Shown: in pieces, positions 29,182 through 41,788 of the stretch
Numbering within the stretch: the first letter of the stretch is position 1
How the letters are laid out: each line of letters opens with the position of its first letter
From: Gammaproteobacteria bacterium
GTDB lineage: Bacteria > Pseudomonadota > Gammaproteobacteria > CAJXQU01
Direction of reading: 5' to 3'
NCBI GenBank assembly: GCA_965238175.1
Contig: CBDEGZ010000003.1
Coordinates: forward strand, 2,336,001 to 2,400,000
Length of the DNA: 64,000 bases
The notes under the pieces: model-generated
The model's input: only the letters and a program-made list of their open reading frames with translations
The model's database searches: none
What the model was told of the DNA's origin: nothing
Position numbers and translations under genes: made by a program

Positions 29182-32100
29182 ATGACACAATCACTCATGA
29201 TACGCGAAAATCGCCTCACTTCATTAAACCAATCACTTAAAGAAAGAATCTTAATTTTGGACGGTGCCATGGGCACCATGATCCAATCTTATAAGTTAGA
29301 AGAAGATGATTATCGTGGTGAACGATTTGCAAATCATCCTTGCGATCTAAAAGGTAATAATGATCTCTTATCACTTACCCGCCCCGAAATTATCAAGGCT
29401 ATTCACAATGCTTACTATGAAGCAGGCGCGGATATCGTCGAAACAAACACCTTTAATTCAACCTCCATTGCAATGGCAGATTATCAGCAAGAAGATCTGG
29501 TTTATGAATTGAACAAAACCGGTGCTGCGCTTGCGCGCGCGGTTGCAGATGGTTTAACCGAAAAGCAACCCTCGAAACCTCGCTATGTCGCCGGTGTACT
29601 TGGCCCAACAAATCGCACTTGTTCCATCTCGCCTGATGTAAATAATCCCGGTTATCGTAACGTTAAATATATGGAATTGGTTGAGGCATATACCGAAGCG
29701 ATTAAAGGTCTCGTCGATGGTGGCGCCGATATTTTGATGGTCGAAACAATCTTCGACACGCTAAATGCTAAAGCGGCTTTATTTGCGATTGATCAATTTT
29801 TTGATGACCACAATGTCAAATTACCGATCATGATCTCGGGAACTATCACCGATGCATCAGGGCGTACATTAACCGGTCAAACTACTGAGGCTTTTTATAA
29901 CTCACTACGACATTCAAAACCTCTTTCTATGGGCTTAAATTGTGCTCTAGGACCACAAGATCTTCGTCAATATGTTGAAGAACTTTCTACCGTTTCTGAA
30001 TCGTTGATCAGTGCCCACCCAAATGCTGGTCTTCCAAATGAATTTGGTGAATATGATCTGGAAGCCGATAGCATGGCCGACCATATTCGCGAATGGGCTG
30101 AATCTGGTTTATTAAATATTGTTGGTGGTTGTTGTGGAACATCCCCTGCACATATTAAAGCGATGGCGGATGCCGTTGAGGGACTGCCTCCAAGAGTTAT
30201 TCCAGATATTAAAGTCCATCAACGCTTAAGTGGACTAGAACCGTTTAACATCACACCGGAAGTTAATTTCGTTAATGTTGGTGAACGAACTAACGTTGCC
30301 GGTTCTCCCCTCTTCTTACGTCTGGTTAAAGAAGAAGAAAACCTGGATGCGGCGCTTGAAGTGGCACGCCAACAAGTCGAAAACGGCGCACAGATTATTG
30401 ATGTCTGCATGGATGAAGGCATGCTCGAATCCGAGCAGTTAATGGAAGAGTTTTTGAACCTGATCGCGTCTGAACCTGATATCAGTCGTGTACCCGTCAT
30501 GATCGATTCTTCTAAATGGTCGGTTATTGAATCAGGTTTGCGCTGTGTTCAAGGCAAATGTGTAGTCAACTCCATCAGCCTTAAAGAAGGCGAAGAGAAG
30601 TTTATTCAACACGCTAAATTAGTTCGTCGTTATGGTGCCGCTGTCGTTGTGATGGCCTTTGATGAAACAGGTCAGGCAGATACTACCGAGCGTCGTTTTG
30701 ATCTATGTAAACGCTCGTATGATATTTTGGTTAATCACGTTGGATTTCCTCCCGAAGATATTATTTTTGATCCCAATGTTCTCACGGTCGCAACTGGAAT
30801 GGCGGAACATAATAATTACGCAGTTTCGTTTTTTGAAGCGACGCGTTTAATTAAAGAACATTTACCGCATGCATTAATCAGCGGTGGTCTTAGTAATGTT
30901 TCATTCTCTTTTCGTGGCAACAATCCCGTACGTGAAGCGATGCACTCGGCATTTCTATATCACGGTATCCAAGCTGGTCTCGACATGGCAATTGTTAATG
31001 CTGGCCAATTAGGAATTTATGACGAGATCCCTAAAGATCTACTTACCTATATTGAAGATGTCTTGCTTAACCGTAGAGAAGATTCCACCGATCGAATGGT
31101 TGAATTTGCTGAGTCGGTTAAGGCTGGCCCCGGTAAAGAAAAAGTTGTTGATCACCAATGGCGAAAAGGATCCGTACAAGAACGGCTTACACATGCGCTA
31201 GTCAAAGGCATTGCCGAGTTTATAGAAGAAGATACGGAAGAAGCTCGCCAACAAGCTGAGAAACCATTACACGTAATCGAAGGGCCTCTAATGATCGGTA
31301 TGAACGTAGTTGGTGATTTGTTTGGTGCCGGCAAAATGTTCCTGCCACAAGTCGTGAAAAGTGCGCGCGTGATGAAAAAAGCTGTCGCCTATCTACTGCC
31401 TTATATAGAAGAAGAAAAAGGTGACGAAGTGATCAAAAGTAACGGCAAGATAATCATGGCAACTGTTAAAGGCGATGTACATGATATAGGTAAGAACATT
31501 GTGGGTGTTGTATTGCAATGTAATAACTTTGAAGTGGTTGATCTGGGTGTCATGGTTCCGGCCCAAGTGATTCTCGACAAAGCGAAAGAACTTAATGCCG
31601 ACATTATTGGCTTGAGTGGATTGATCACGCCTTCCTTAGATGAAATGGTTCACGTCGCTAAGGAAATGCAGCGTCAGGAATTTGCGCTACCATTAATGAT
31701 CGGTGGTGCAACCACTTCACGTGCGCATACTGCTGTGAAGATTGATCTCGGCTATGAACATCCTGTCGTCCATGTCAAAGATGCTTCCCGTGCAGTAGGC
31801 ATCTCAACACGCCTGCTTAATGTGGATTTAAAAACAGAACTCAGCAAAGAAATCACAGAAGAATATGACAAGGTTCGCGAACGTCACAAAGGTAAACAAG
31901 CCAAAACCAAATGGCTAACTCTAGAACAAGCGAGAGACAACCGTGTCAACATAGATTGGTCAAATTACACACCGCCTGTTCCAAAAAAATTGGGTACTCA
32001 TGTGTTTGAAGATTATCCATTAGAAGAGCTTAGAGAATTTATCGACTGGACGCCTTTTTTTATCGCTTGGGAACTGGCAGGTAGATACCCGCGCATCTTG

Positions 32101-32901
32101 GGCGATAAAATTGTCGGGGAAGAAGCGACCAAATTATTCAATGACGCACAGGCTATGCTGGATAAAATTATTGAGGAAAAATGGTTCACCGCCAACGGCG
32201 TGATCGGCCTCTTCCCAGCAAATACGACTGGTGACGATATAGAACTCTATACAGATGACACACGTAAGGGTGAACTCGCGATCATTCATTCGCTAAGACA
32301 ACAAACGCAAAAACCACCCGGCCAACCTAACTTTGCTCTGGCAGATTTTGTTGGGCCACACGAAGAGCATGTCAAAGATCACATCGGTGCTTTTGCAGTT
32401 GCCGCAGGTTTTGGAATGGAAGCAAAAATCGAAGAATTCGAAAAAGATCATGATGACTACAGCGCGATTATGCTCAAAGCTCTGGCTGATCGATTTGCTG
32501 AAGCTTTTGCAGAAAGAATACATCAACGTGTGCGTAAAGAATTCTGGGGATATGTCAGTGACGAAGGACTAGGAAATGACGATTTGATCAATGAAAAATA
32601 CCAGGGGATTCGACCTGCTCCTGGTTACCCAGCCTGCCCCGATCACACAGAAAAACCATTGCTTTGGGAACTGTTAGATGTAGAAAAAAATACCGGTATT
32701 ACCCTTACCGAACATCATGCAATGGTTCCTACAGCGGCCGTTAGCGGTTGGTACTTTTCACACCCTGATTCCAGATATTTTGGATTAAGTATGATCAATC
32801 GTGATCAGGTCGCAGATTATGCTCGCCGTAAAGGATTTGATGTCAAAGCAATGGAACGATGGTTAGCCCCTAATCTTGGATATGACGAGGCAGATGGATA
32901 G
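29182..32901 (+). CDS. metH: Cobalamin-dependent methionine synthase
   Basis: [48 protein letters not shown]. Confidence 0.98.
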   Translation: MTQSLMIRENRLTSLNQSLKERILILDGAMGTMIQSYKLEEDDYRGERFANHPCDLKGNNDLLSLTRPEIIKAIHNAYYEAGADIVETNTFNSTSIAMADYQQEDLVYELNKTGAALARAVADGLTEKQPSKPRYVAGVLGPTNRTCSISPDVNNPGYRNVKYMELVEAYTEAIKGLVDGGADILMVETIFDTLNAKAALFAIDQFFDDHNVKLPIMISGTITDASGRTLTGQTTEAFYNSLRHSKPLSMGLNCALGPQDLRQYVEELSTVSESLISAHPNAGLPNEFGEYDLEADSMADHIREWAESGLLNIVGGCCGTSPAHIKAMADAVEGLPPRVIPDIKVHQRLSGLEPFNITPEVNFVNVGERTNVAGSPLFLRLVKEEENLDAALEVARQQVENGAQIIDVCMDEGMLESEQLMEEFLNLIASEPDISRVPVMIDSSKWSVIESGLRCVQGKCVVNSISLKEGEEKFIQHAKLVRRYGAAVVVMAFDETGQADTTERRFDLCKRSYDILVNHVGFPPEDIIFDPNVLTVATGMAEHNNYAVSFFEATRLIKEHLPHALISGGLSNVSFSFRGNNPVREAMHSAFLYHGIQAGLDMAIVNAGQLGIYDEIPKDLLTYIEDVLLNRREDSTDRMVEFAESVKAGPGKEKVVDHQWRKGSVQERLTHALVKGIAEFIEEDTEEARQQAEKPLHVIEGPLMIGMNVVGDLFGAGKMFLPQVVKSARVMKKAVAYLLPYIEEEKGDEVIKSNGKIIMATVKGDVHDIGKNIVGVVLQCNNFEVVDLGVMVPAQVILDKAKELNADIIGLSGLITPSLDEMVHVAKEMQRQEFALPLMIGGATTSRAHTAVKIDLGYEHPVVHVKDASRAVGISTRLLNVDLKTELSKEITEEYDKVRERHKGKQAKTKWLTLEQARDNRVNIDWSNYTPPVPKKLGTHVFEDYPLEELREFIDWTPFFIAWELAGRYPRILGDKIVGEEATKLFNDAQAMLDKIIEEKWFTANGVIGLFPANTTGDDIELYTDDTRKGELAIIHSLRQQTQKPPGQPNFALADFVGPHEEHVKDHIGAFAVAAGFGMEAKIEEFEKDHDDYSAIMLKALADRFAEAFAERIHQRVRKEFWGYVSDEGLGNDDLINEKYQGIRPAPGYPACPDHTEKPLLWELLDVEKNTGITLTEHHAMVPTAAVSGWYFSHPDSRYFGLSMINRDQVADYARRKGFDVKAMERWLAPNLGYDEADG

Positions 32902-32963
32902 GTTATGTACAAACCAATATTTTCTCATCTGATAAATTCTACTCTACTCATCAAGTCGAACCT

Positions 32964-33800
32964 CTAGTGTTTTATTTCTGGAGCAAACAATAAAGGATCA
33001 ACCATCGTGTTATTCAAAATCACACTCCAATGTAAATGTGGTCCTGTTACTCGTCCAGTCATACCTACCTTGCCGATAAAATCACCCACCGCTACGATAT
33101 CTCCTACTGCGGAATCAATTTCGCTCAAATGACAGTACATGGTGATCATCCCCCACCCATGATCAATAAATACCGTTTTACCATTGAAGAAGTAATCTCC
33201 CGTATTTATCACCTTTCCCGACGCTGCTGCCGCAATCGGCGTTCCTGTCGGCGATGTTATATCCAAACCACTATGCGGTCGCCGAGCTTGTTCATTAAAA
33301 AAACGTTTCAAACCAAAGGGACTACTAAAACGACCAGTAACAGGAAGTTTTAATTTCAATGAAGGATATCTATCAACACTCCAAAAAGATTTTGCAGATT
33401 TGATCTGTTTAGATTCTTTATTGATTCGGTTTAGATCTTGTTGATTGGGATCCACCTTTCGTTTGTTTTTGATCGTCAAATACTGTGCCTTATATTTTTT
33501 ATCCTTAACTGTGAATTTATGAACAACTTCTTGCTGGTCAATTCTTACTTTCAAACTATGTTCTCCGGGTGAGGCGGATAGCGGGATCCCAATGATAGCG
33601 ATCCAAACTTGATCTTTATGATCAGGAAGAACCATTACTTTTTGATCTTCATACCATGCTTGTGGTTGGGATTTCGATTTAATAGAAATGATTACAACAC
33701 CACCAGGAACACTGCTCGCGGTAAAAGCATGCAAATTACATGATATAAATATTGAGAGTAAAAAAAATCCGAAGGCATTTTTTGATAACAGTTGTTGCAT
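32964..33800 (-). CDS. M23 family metallopeptidase
   Basis: HSGLD, IDHG, YCHLS, TGPHLHW. Confidence 0.93.
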   Translation of the reverse strand: MQQLLSKNAFGFFLLSIFISCNLHAFTASSVPGGVVIISIKSKSQPQAWYEDQKVMVLPDHKDQVWIAIIGIPLSASPGEHSLKVRIDQQEVVHKFTVKDKKYKAQYLTIKNKRKVDPNQQDLNRINKESKQIKSAKSFWSVDRYPSLKLKLPVTGRFSSPFGLKRFFNEQARRPHSGLDITSPTGTPIAAAASGKVINTGDYFFNGKTVFIDHGWGMITMYCHLSEIDSAVGDIVAVGDFIGKVGMTGRVTGPHLHWSVILNNTMVDPLLFAPEIKH

Positions 33801-33857
33801 AGAACTGAACTTCTCTATCTAAGAAATACGTGCCAATAATACACGATAATAAAGTAA

Positions 33858-33887
33858 CCCCACCGACTAAAAGCAGGTGGGGCTTTT
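33858..33887 (-). terminator. Stem-loop after the DUF533 gene, probable intrinsic terminator
   Basis: CCCCACC-N11-GGTGGGG with T-rich flanks on both strands. Confidence 0.55.
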
Positions 33888-33899
33888 CCAAAACATTAT

Positions 33900-34826
33900 C
33901 TATGAATAAAGAACTGGCGCACCTAGTTTTTGATGAATGCTATTACTTTCTTGCTGTGAAATATTTAAACCTTGTGCAAGTTGATCCAGATAATTTGCTT
34001 CTTTCTGAGAATCAAGATCAATCGCAAGTAAAGACATAAAGTAGGCTTGTTGCTCCATGCCATTTGGAATGCTTCTCACCAGTCCTTTAAGATCGCTCGG
34101 TTCTTGCATAATAGATCTAACAAGATCTAATTCATCCTGTGTTACATCTTCCAAATGTTCGGAAATTTTTTGTTGTTCCTCTGCATCAATATCGCCATCT
34201 GCTTTCGCCGCATTGATCATTGCACGTAACATCACTTCCGCTTGTTGTTCTTGCTCATGTGTTGGTTGAACAGATTGCTTTCCTTGCAGCACATCATTTA
34301 ACAAGCCTCCTAATCCACTCGATGATGCTTTTGATCCACCACCCAATGAATCGAGAATACCCCCAAGACTCCCTCCCTGGCCTTGTCCTTCAGCGCCTCC
34401 TAACATTCCGGCCAGATCACCTAGTCCACCGCCGGATGATCCACCACTCATTGAACCTATAAGATCGCCTAAACCGCCTAATCCGCCTTGTCCTCCTGAG
34501 GATTTTTGGTTCTTCGTTAACCCTTCAATTAAGTCGCCTAAGCCACCACTGGCACTACCGCCCGAACTTTGTCCACCAAGCAACCCGCCAAGTACGTCAC
34601 CTAAACCTCCTCCGCCACTTGATTTTTGACCTCCAAGCAGCCCGCCAAGTAAACCACCCAAATCACCACCTGAATTGCTATTGGATTTTTGACCGCCTAA
34701 AAGACCACCAAGCAAACCACCAAGGCCACTTCCGCCACTTTGACTACCACCACCCGCCATTTTACCAACTGCTTTAGCCACCATCATTCCGACAGCCATT
34801 TTTCCTAATGTTTTGACCAGACTCAT
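33900..34826 (-). CDS. DUF533/TerB-like protein with Gly-rich GGLLGG repeats
   Basis: LRAMINAAKADGDIDAEE, SLLAIDLD..EANYLDQLA. Confidence 0.88.
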   Translation of the reverse strand: MSLVKTLGKMAVGMMVAKAVGKMAGGGSQSGGSGLGGLLGGLLGGQKSNSNSGGDLGGLLGGLLGGQKSSGGGGLGDVLGGLLGGQSSGGSASGGLGDLIEGLTKNQKSSGGQGGLGGLGDLIGSMSGGSSGGGLGDLAGMLGGAEGQGQGGSLGGILDSLGGGSKASSSGLGGLLNDVLQGKQSVQPTHEQEQQAEVMLRAMINAAKADGDIDAEEQQKISEHLEDVTQDELDLVRSIMQEPSDLKGLVRSIPNGMEQQAYFMSLLAIDLDSQKEANYLDQLAQGLNISQQESNSIHQKLGAPVLYS

Positions 34827-34935
34827 AAAACTACTCCCAACTTAATTTTTATAATTTAAAGATCTTCCAATTTAACTACACTACTAGCATATGCCTTTGT
34901 ATGTTTATTTAGCAAATTATTATGTGTCATTGCCA

Positions 34936-36297
34936 TTATTTTTTATCTTGTACTTCTTCACTTAAACACTCATCAACCGTACATCTGAGATTACCAGAAG
35001 CCAGTTTTGCAATGACTTTTTCTCCAGGATTAATATCACTGGCTGAACGGATAATTGCATTATTGTCAGTTTGAATTATCGAATATCCGCGTTCTAAAGT
35101 TGCTAGTGGACTAACGGTGTTTAATGTTCTTGCCGTTTCTGCCAACGTCGCATTTAGCTTTTCAAGACATCTTTCCATCGCCGATTTCAATCGTACTTTA
35201 TATTGCAGACAACGCTCTTTTTTAATCGCAATCACATTTTCTGGATTCTGTTGTTTTAAATCTGCAATGACATTACTAAGACAAATTCGTTTTTGATCGA
35301 AACTCATTCTAATCGCCGCATTAGCTCTAAACCCAAGATCATCTAACCGTTGTGATAAATCTTCTAATCGACGACCAGGATCAACCAAACGTTTTTCTAG
35401 CCAACAAACATTTTGCCCAAACTGAGCAATTTTGTCGCTAATATGATCATGAAACCAGGCTTGAAAACCTTGAAGATTTTGCCGTAACTTTTCCTGATCC
35501 TGGCTGATCAATTCTGCAGCTGCAGAAGGGGTCGGTGCGCGAACATCTGCAACGAAATCAGCAATGGTAAAATCAACCTCGTGCCCTACGCCAGAAATAA
35601 TCGGGACGTCACAGTCATAGATTGCTCTCGCGACAACTTCTTCATTAAAAGCCCACAGATCTTCTAACGAACCACCTCCACGTGTGACGAGCAACACATC
35701 ACACTCTTGACGTTCAGCCGCAAGATAGATCATTCGGGCAATAGAGTGACCAGCAGAATCTCCCTGAACCTGAGTTGGGTAGATGATCACCTCTAGCGCA
35801 GGGAAGCGTCGTTTTAATACGCTAATAATATCTCTCACCGCAGCGCCAGTCGCGGATGTAATAATACCAACACATTCAGGAAATAAAGGTAATCGCTGTT
35901 TTGAATCCAAATCAAAAAGCCCCTCCTTATCAAGTTTTTCTTTCAACTGATCAAAAGCCAGTTGCAAGGCACCTTCACCGGATGGCTCTAATCGATCTGC
36001 GATCAACTGGAATTCACCACGCCCCTCGTAGAGACTAATACGTGCGTAAATCATTACCTGCATGCCATTTTCCGGCTGAAACTTGAGTAAATTATTACGC
36101 CCGCGAAACATCGCACATCGAACTTGTGATTTTGAATCCTTCAGGGAGAAATAAAGATGACCAGACGCAGGTTGCGCAAGATTCGAAATCTCGCCTTCTA
36201 CCCATGTCATTGGAAAACTCCCTTCAAGAATTGATTTTGCTTCTCGATTGAGTTGTGAGACTGAGTAGATCTCGCCTGTTCCCCTACCAGTACCCAT
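34936..36297 (-). CDS. xseA: Exodeoxyribonuclease VII large subunit
   Basis: WVEGEISN, SGHLYFSLKD, RGGGSLEDLWAFN, GVGHEVD; start could be 36333. Confidence 0.96.
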   Translation of the reverse strand: MGTGRGTGEIYSVSQLNREAKSILEGSFPMTWVEGEISNLAQPASGHLYFSLKDSKSQVRCAMFRGRNNLLKFQPENGMQVMIYARISLYEGRGEFQLIADRLEPSGEGALQLAFDQLKEKLDKEGLFDLDSKQRLPLFPECVGIITSATGAAVRDIISVLKRRFPALEVIIYPTQVQGDSAGHSIARMIYLAAERQECDVLLVTRGGGSLEDLWAFNEEVVARAIYDCDVPIISGVGHEVDFTIADFVADVRAPTPSAAAELISQDQEKLRQNLQGFQAWFHDHISDKIAQFGQNVCWLEKRLVDPGRRLEDLSQRLDDLGFRANAAIRMSFDQKRICLSNVIADLKQQNPENVIAIKKERCLQYKVRLKSAMERCLEKLNATLAETARTLNTVSPLATLERGYSIIQTDNNAIIRSASDINPGEKVIAKLASGNLRCTVDECLSEEVQDKK

Positions 36298-36439
36298 CTC
36301 TGTTCCCACCTTTATCGATATGGTTAATACCATTTTCAGAATTCATCAATTAGATGATAAATGCTCTATAGAAGAAGAACAATAAAGCACGTTATAATAA
36401 GCTGCTTTTTACACCAACTTAATACAGAGTTATCTGAAT

Positions 36440-37906
36440 ATGCGAATTAATGGTGAAGCACTAACCTTTGATGATGTTCTGCTGGTTCCAGCCTACTCCA
36501 ATCTCTTACCACGCGATGCTAGCCTGGTCACTAAACTAACACGAGAGATTGATCTAAATATACCGATCATCTCTGCTGCAATGGATACCGTAACGGAACA
36601 CCGTTTGGCCATCTCTCTAGCACAACAAGGTGGCATTGGGATTATCCATAAAAACCTCAATATTTCTCAGCAAGCCAGCGAAGTCAGAAAGGTCAAAAAA
36701 TATGAAAGTGGTGTTGTAGATGATCCTGTTACCGTCACGGCTGATACCACTATTCAAGAAGTACTTGATCTTACTAATCGTTATCATATTTCAGGTATGC
36801 CGGTCGTTGATGGCGAAGATCTAGTCGGTATTGTTACCAGTCGTGATCTTCGTTTTGAAACAGATCTGGGGAAACCCGTTGCCAGTATCATGACTGGAAA
36901 AGACAGACTGGTAACGGTTAAAGAAGGTGCTAGTCAGGCAGAGGCCATCGAAAAACTTCAACAACATCGCATAGAAAAAGTATTAGTCGTTAATGAAGAA
37001 TTTCATCTTCGCGGTTTGATCACGGTTAAAGATCTACGCAAATCAGATAAATATCCAAATGCCTGTAAAGACGATCACGAAAGCTTGCGCGTTGGCGCCG
37101 CTGTCGGAACCGGCGAAGGTACTCATGAAAGAATCGAAGCACTGATTGACGCAGGTGTTGATGTGATTGTAGTGGATACTGCCCACGGTCATTCGCAAGG
37201 TGTTCTGGACATGGTTGCTTGGGCAAAGAAAAACCATGGTCAGGATGTGCAGATTATAGGTGGTAATGTAGCAACTAGCGCAGCAGCAATGGCTCTGGTC
37301 GAAGCGGGTGCCGATGCGGTCAAAGTCGGTATTGGTCCTGGATCAATCTGTACCACCCGAATTGTAACTGGCATAGGCGTACCTCAAATCACAGCAATCA
37401 ATGATGTAGTTCAAGCATTGACTGGTACTGGCATTCCAATGATTGCTGACGGTGGCATCAGATTTTCAGGCGATATTGCCAAGGCAATCGTCGCCGGTGC
37501 TCATAGTATTATGGTCGGCGGTCTCTTTGCTGGAACCGAAGAAGCACCAGGAGAGATTGAACTGTTTCAAGGTCGTTCTTATAAATCATACCGCGGTATG
37601 GGTTCTCTGGGTGCGATGTCGCAAACACATGGCTCATCTGATCGCTACTTCCAGGAGAATGATGAGATAGAAAAATTGGTTCCCGAGGGCATTGAAGGTC
37701 GTGTTCCATACAAAGGCCCACTGTCAGCAGTTGTGCATCAAATGTTAGGTGGTATCCGTGCAGCGATGGGTTATACCGGTTGTTCAAATATGGAAGAAAT
37801 GCGTACCAAGCCCGAGTTTGTCCGCGTCTCACCAGCAGGTATGCGTGAAAGTCATGCACATGACGTGACCATCACAAAAGAACCACCTAATTATCGCCAA
37901 ACTTAA
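36440..37906 (+). CDS. guaB: IMP dehydrogenase
   Basis: [24 protein letters not shown] pair. Confidence 0.98.
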   Translation: MRINGEALTFDDVLLVPAYSNLLPRDASLVTKLTREIDLNIPIISAAMDTVTEHRLAISLAQQGGIGIIHKNLNISQQASEVRKVKKYESGVVDDPVTVTADTTIQEVLDLTNRYHISGMPVVDGEDLVGIVTSRDLRFETDLGKPVASIMTGKDRLVTVKEGASQAEAIEKLQQHRIEKVLVVNEEFHLRGLITVKDLRKSDKYPNACKDDHESLRVGAAVGTGEGTHERIEALIDAGVDVIVVDTAHGHSQGVLDMVAWAKKNHGQDVQIIGGNVATSAAAMALVEAGADAVKVGIGPGSICTTRIVTGIGVPQITAINDVVQALTGTGIPMIADGGIRFSGDIAKAIVAGAHSIMVGGLFAGTEEAPGEIELFQGRSYKSYRGMGSLGAMSQTHGSSDRYFQENDEIEKLVPEGIEGRVPYKGPLSAVVHQMLGGIRAAMGYTGCSNMEEMRTKPEFVRVSPAGMRESHAHDVTITKEPPNYRQT

Positions 37907-37971
37907 CCTGATAAAAACTATCAATCAGGCAATATTCTTAACTAGCCAATGATCTTAAAACAGAGATTATC

Positions 37972-39543
37972 ATGACAGACATACACGCTGATCGAATCCT
38001 TATACTGGATTTCGGATCTCAATATACACAATTAATTGCTCGTCGCGTTCGCGAGGCAGGGGTTTATTGTGAACTGCACCCATATGATCTTTCAGAAGAT
38101 GCGATACGAGAACTGGCACCCAAAGGGATCATTCTTTCAGGTGGACCTGAATCTGTTATTGATGCAGACATAAGCGCACCTCAAGCCGTCTTTGATGCTG
38201 GCATTCCCGTACTCGGAATTTGTTATGGTATGCAAACCATGGCCGCACAACTGGGTGGCAAAGTTGAAAAATCAAATCACCGTGAATTTGGTTATGCCCA
38301 AGTTCGCGCACGCGGTCATTCATCCTTACTAAAAGAAATCGAAGATCACACTACACCTGAAGGTTGGGGCATGCTCGATGTCTGGATGAGCCACGGTGAT
38401 CGGGTCACAACACTCCCTGAAGGTTTCAAAGTAATCGCTTCTACCGATAGCGCACCTATCGCCGGTATGGCCGATGAAGATCGACATTTCTACGCTTTAC
38501 AATTTCATCCTGAGGTCACCCATACCAGGCAAGGCATGAGAATTCTCAGCCGTTTCTTACATGAAATTTGTGGTTGCGAAAGTGTTTGGACCACCGAAAA
38601 TATTATTGAAAATAATATTGATCAAATTCAACAACAAGTTGGAACGGACAAAGTATTACTTGGCCTTTCTGGTGGCGTAGATTCTTCAGTTGTTGCCGCC
38701 CTGCTCCATCGTGCGATCGGTGATCAATTAACCTGTGTGTTTGTTGATAATGGCTTGCTACGTTTGAATGAGGGCGATCAGGTTATGACCACTTTTGCTG
38801 AGCATATGGGTGTAAAAGTGATTCGAGTTGATGCTGAAAATAGATTCCTTGATGGATTGAAGGGTGAATCGGATCCAGAAAAAAAACGCGTCATCATCGG
38901 CAATATTTTCATACAAATATTTGAAGAAGAAGCACGCAAATTAAAAGACGTGAAATGGCTGGCCCAGGGAACCATTTATCCAGATGTGATTGAATCGGCT
39001 GGCTCAAAAACTGGCAAAGCACATGTGATCAAATCACACCATAATGTTGGTGGCTTGCCTGAAGATATGGAACTCGATCTGGTCGAACCATTGCGTGAAT
39101 TATTTAAAGATGAAGTGCGCAAAATGGGTGTTGAACTCGGCCTGCCTTCAGAAATGATCTACCGTCATCCATTCCCAGGCCCAGGCCTTGGTGTGCGTAT
39201 TTTAGGCGAAGTGAAAAAAAACTATGCCGATATTTTACGACAAGCAGATGCAATTTATATGGAAGAACTTTATAAAGCCGATTTGTATGACAAAGTTAGT
39301 CAAGCCTTTGCTGTATTCCTTCCGGTAAAATCTGTTGGCGTAACCGGTGACAGCAGAAACTATAGTTATGTAATTGCATTAAGAGCCGTTGAAACAGTCG
39401 ATTTTATGACCGCGCACTGGGCACATTTACCCTATGATTTACTCGATCTTTTATCTCGACGGATCATTAATGAAATCCCAAATGTGTCACGCGTTGTCTA
39501 TGACATTTCAGGTAAACCACCTGCGACTATTGAGTGGGAATAG
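37972..39543 (+). CDS. guaA: GMP synthase
   Basis: [28 protein letters not shown]. Confidence 0.98.
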   Translation: MTDIHADRILILDFGSQYTQLIARRVREAGVYCELHPYDLSEDAIRELAPKGIILSGGPESVIDADISAPQAVFDAGIPVLGICYGMQTMAAQLGGKVEKSNHREFGYAQVRARGHSSLLKEIEDHTTPEGWGMLDVWMSHGDRVTTLPEGFKVIASTDSAPIAGMADEDRHFYALQFHPEVTHTRQGMRILSRFLHEICGCESVWTTENIIENNIDQIQQQVGTDKVLLGLSGGVDSSVVAALLHRAIGDQLTCVFVDNGLLRLNEGDQVMTTFAEHMGVKVIRVDAENRFLDGLKGESDPEKKRVIIGNIFIQIFEEEARKLKDVKWLAQGTIYPDVIESAGSKTGKAHVIKSHHNVGGLPEDMELDLVEPLRELFKDEVRKMGVELGLPSEMIYRHPFPGPGLGVRILGEVKKNYADILRQADAIYMEELYKADLYDKVSQAFAVFLPVKSVGVTGDSRNYSYVIALRAVETVDFMTAHWAHLPYDLLDLLSRRIINEIPNVSRVVYDISGKPPATIEWE

Positions 39544-39700
39544 TTTTCCAAGACTCAAAAATACTGATTTCATCACTTACAATTACTAAAATATTTCAAA
39601 GTAACCAGAATCCCGTTTGGGTAAATGCTAATTTAAACCAAGCAACTTAAACAAGATAGATTTAATTTACAAAAAACTAGCAAGTACATATTCTCAATAA

Positions 39701-40168
39701 ATGGAAATAACAACAAACCTAGAGACCGATCAAAAATGGATGCAATCCGCTATCGTTCTAGCACAAAAAGCTGAGACATTAGGTGAAGTGCCCGTTGGTG
39801 CAGTTATCGTAAAAGAAAATCGCCTCGTTGGTAGTGGTTGGAATAGTCCAATTGCAAACCACGATCCAAGCGCCCATGCAGAAATTATTGCGTTACGTAG
39901 TGCTGCGCAAAGTCTACAAAATTATCGTCTCCCTAGCACAACTCTCTACGTCACATTAGAACCCTGTAGTATGTGTGCAGGTGCAATTATTCATGCGAGA
40001 GTCGCAAGAGTAGTTTTCGGGGCCTATGATCAAAGATCTGGTGCTGCTGGAAGTGTTTTTGATATTTTAGGTACAGACAAATTAAATTATAAAGTAGATG
40101 TATTAAGTGGCGTCATGCAAGAACAATGTGCAGATATTTTAAAATCATTTTTCAAAAATAAACGGTGA
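39701..40168 (+). CDS. tadA: tRNA adenosine(34) deaminase
   Basis: EVPVGAV, HAEIIALR, TLEPCSMCAGA. Confidence 0.95.
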   Translation: MEITTNLETDQKWMQSAIVLAQKAETLGEVPVGAVIVKENRLVGSGWNSPIANHDPSAHAEIIALRSAAQSLQNYRLPSTTLYVTLEPCSMCAGAIIHARVARVVFGAYDQRSGAAGSVFDILGTDKLNYKVDVLSGVMQEQCADILKSFFKNKR

Positions 40169-40437
40169 AAAAATTGACTAATAAGAATATAAAGGGTCTT
40201 AGCCTTTATCAAACAAATATATGCCCTTATTGCATAGCAACTCGCCGAGCAATAGAACGACTAGGTATAAATATTGAGATACGCGATACATTAAGAGTTC
40301 AGAAAAACAAGCATGAATTAATCTCTAAAGGTGGCAAAAGCCAGGTACCTTGTTTAAGAATTGAACAAGATGGCTCGACACGGTGGATGTATGAGTCTGC
40401 AGATATTATTCAATACTTAAACCAGAAGTATGGTTGA
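40165..40437 (+). CDS. Glutaredoxin-like protein
   Basis: CPYC, GGKSQVPCLRI, MYESADII. Confidence 0.88.
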   Translation: MKKLTNKNIKGLSLYQTNICPYCIATRRAIERLGINIEIRDTLRVQKNKHELISKGGKSQVPCLRIEQDGSTRWMYESADIIQYLNQKYG

Positions 40438-40449
40438 TATTTTAATTCC

Positions 40450-40677
40450 ATGTTTGAAAAAGAAAATTTAATAAAACTCGCAAAATTCGAAATGCCTTTC
40501 GGGAAATATAAAGGCAGACGTTTAATCGACTTGCCCGAAAACTATTTACTCTGGTTTTCTGAAAAAGGATTTCCTGAAGGCCAATTAGGAATGTTGATGG
40601 CACTGACACTTGAAATAAAAATTAATGGCCTGGAATATTTGATCGAGCCTTTGAAAAAATCACCAACTATACATTAG
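40450..40677 (+). CDS. DUF3820 family protein
   Basis: MPFGKYKGRRLIDLPE.YLLWF, EIKINGL. Confidence 0.88.
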   Translation: MFEKENLIKLAKFEMPFGKYKGRRLIDLPENYLLWFSEKGFPEGQLGMLMALTLEIKINGLEYLIEPLKKSPTIH

Positions 40678-40684
40678 GAATAAA

Positions 40685-41029
40685 ATGCAAAAAGAACAAT
40701 TAATTAATTTGATCAAAACTGATCCTCAATCAATCGAATTCAATAATGTAATCGAAACCATTAGTCAACATTATCATTACGCACCTACCCGTTTTACCAA
40801 TGGCGAGGTCGTTAACGAAAATGGAACGAATGAAGGCTCATGCAAAATATTTTCTTTTGCGCAGCTAAACAATTTGAATGAACAAGAAACACTTACCTGT
40901 TTTGGAAAGTATTATCGAGAAGATGTTTTAGCCCATCCAGAAAGAACAGATCACACAAACATTCGCACTTTTATGCAATCAGGTTGGGAAGGAATTCGTT
41001 TTGAAACCCAAGTTTTATTAGAAAAATAA
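40685..41029 (+). CDS. HopJ-family protein
   Basis: PTRFTNG, NEGSCKIFSFA, FGKYYREDVL..P..DH.NIR.FM. Confidence 0.88.
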   Translation: MQKEQLINLIKTDPQSIEFNNVIETISQHYHYAPTRFTNGEVVNENGTNEGSCKIFSFAQLNNLNEQETLTCFGKYYREDVLAHPERTDHTNIRTFMQSGWEGIRFETQVLLEK

Positions 41030-41059
41030 TTTCCTACATATACAATTAAAAAAATAGAC

Positions 41060-41770
41060 ATGAACAAAAGTATTGTTACGAATCTTATCGCGCTTTGTAT
41101 CATCATTGCCGGTTTTTATTCACCCATTCATCCTGAAATATTACTTTCCATTGGTTTATTTGCGCTATCAGGTGCTATAACAAATTGGTTAGCAATTCAT
41201 ATGCTATTTGAGAAAGTCCCTTTCTTATATGGATCAGGTGTCATCCCAAATCAGTTCGAAGAATTTAAATCAGGTATTAAAAACCTGATTATGGAACAAT
41301 TCTTCACCCAAGATAATATTCAGCGCTTTATAAAAAATGAGGAAGAATCGGCTGGCACTGTATTGGATTTATCACCCGTTCTGGATGCAGTTGATTACGA
41401 TAAAATTTTTCAATCATTTCTAGAGGCAATCAACAACTCTTCCCTTGGCTCTATGTTAGCCATGATTGGCGGCACAGGAGCACTCGAACCTTTACGCGAA
41501 CCTGTTTCAGAAAAAATGCGATCAGCTTTAAAAGAAATGACTGAAAGCGACGGTTTTCAAAATACATTACATGCCAGTTTTAATACTGATAAATTGGGAG
41601 GTGATATCAGTGGAAAAATAAGTACTGTTGTTGTTTCAAGATTAAACGAACTTACACCGCAATTAGTCAAAGAAATTGTTCAAAAAATGATCAAAAAGCA
41701 TCTTGGCTGGTTGGTTGTTTGGGGTGGTGTGTTTGGTGGCCTGATTGGATTTATAGCCAGTTTCATTTAA
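41060..41770 (+). CDS. DUF445 family membrane protein
   Basis: GAITNWLAIHMLFEKVP, HLGWLVVWGGVFGGLIG. Confidence 0.88.
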   Translation: MNKSIVTNLIALCIIIAGFYSPIHPEILLSIGLFALSGAITNWLAIHMLFEKVPFLYGSGVIPNQFEEFKSGIKNLIMEQFFTQDNIQRFIKNEEESAGTVLDLSPVLDAVDYDKIFQSFLEAINNSSLGSMLAMIGGTGALEPLREPVSEKMRSALKEMTESDGFQNTLHASFNTDKLGGDISGKISTVVVSRLNELTPQLVKEIVQKMIKKHLGWLVVWGGVFGGLIGFIASFI

Positions 41771-41788
41771 GCAGGGCACTTACTTCAA

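Noticed and set aside
34300-34760. Gly-rich repeats in the DUF533 gene as a DNA repeat element
   Set aside because: Codons vary between repeats; this is protein-level low complexity typical of the family
39544-39700. Genomic island at the guaA 3' end
   Set aside because: No integrase or duplicated guaA end; tadA follows directly
40685-41029. HopJ as evidence of type III secretion
   Set aside because: The family is widespread in bacteria without T3SS, and no secretion genes are nearby
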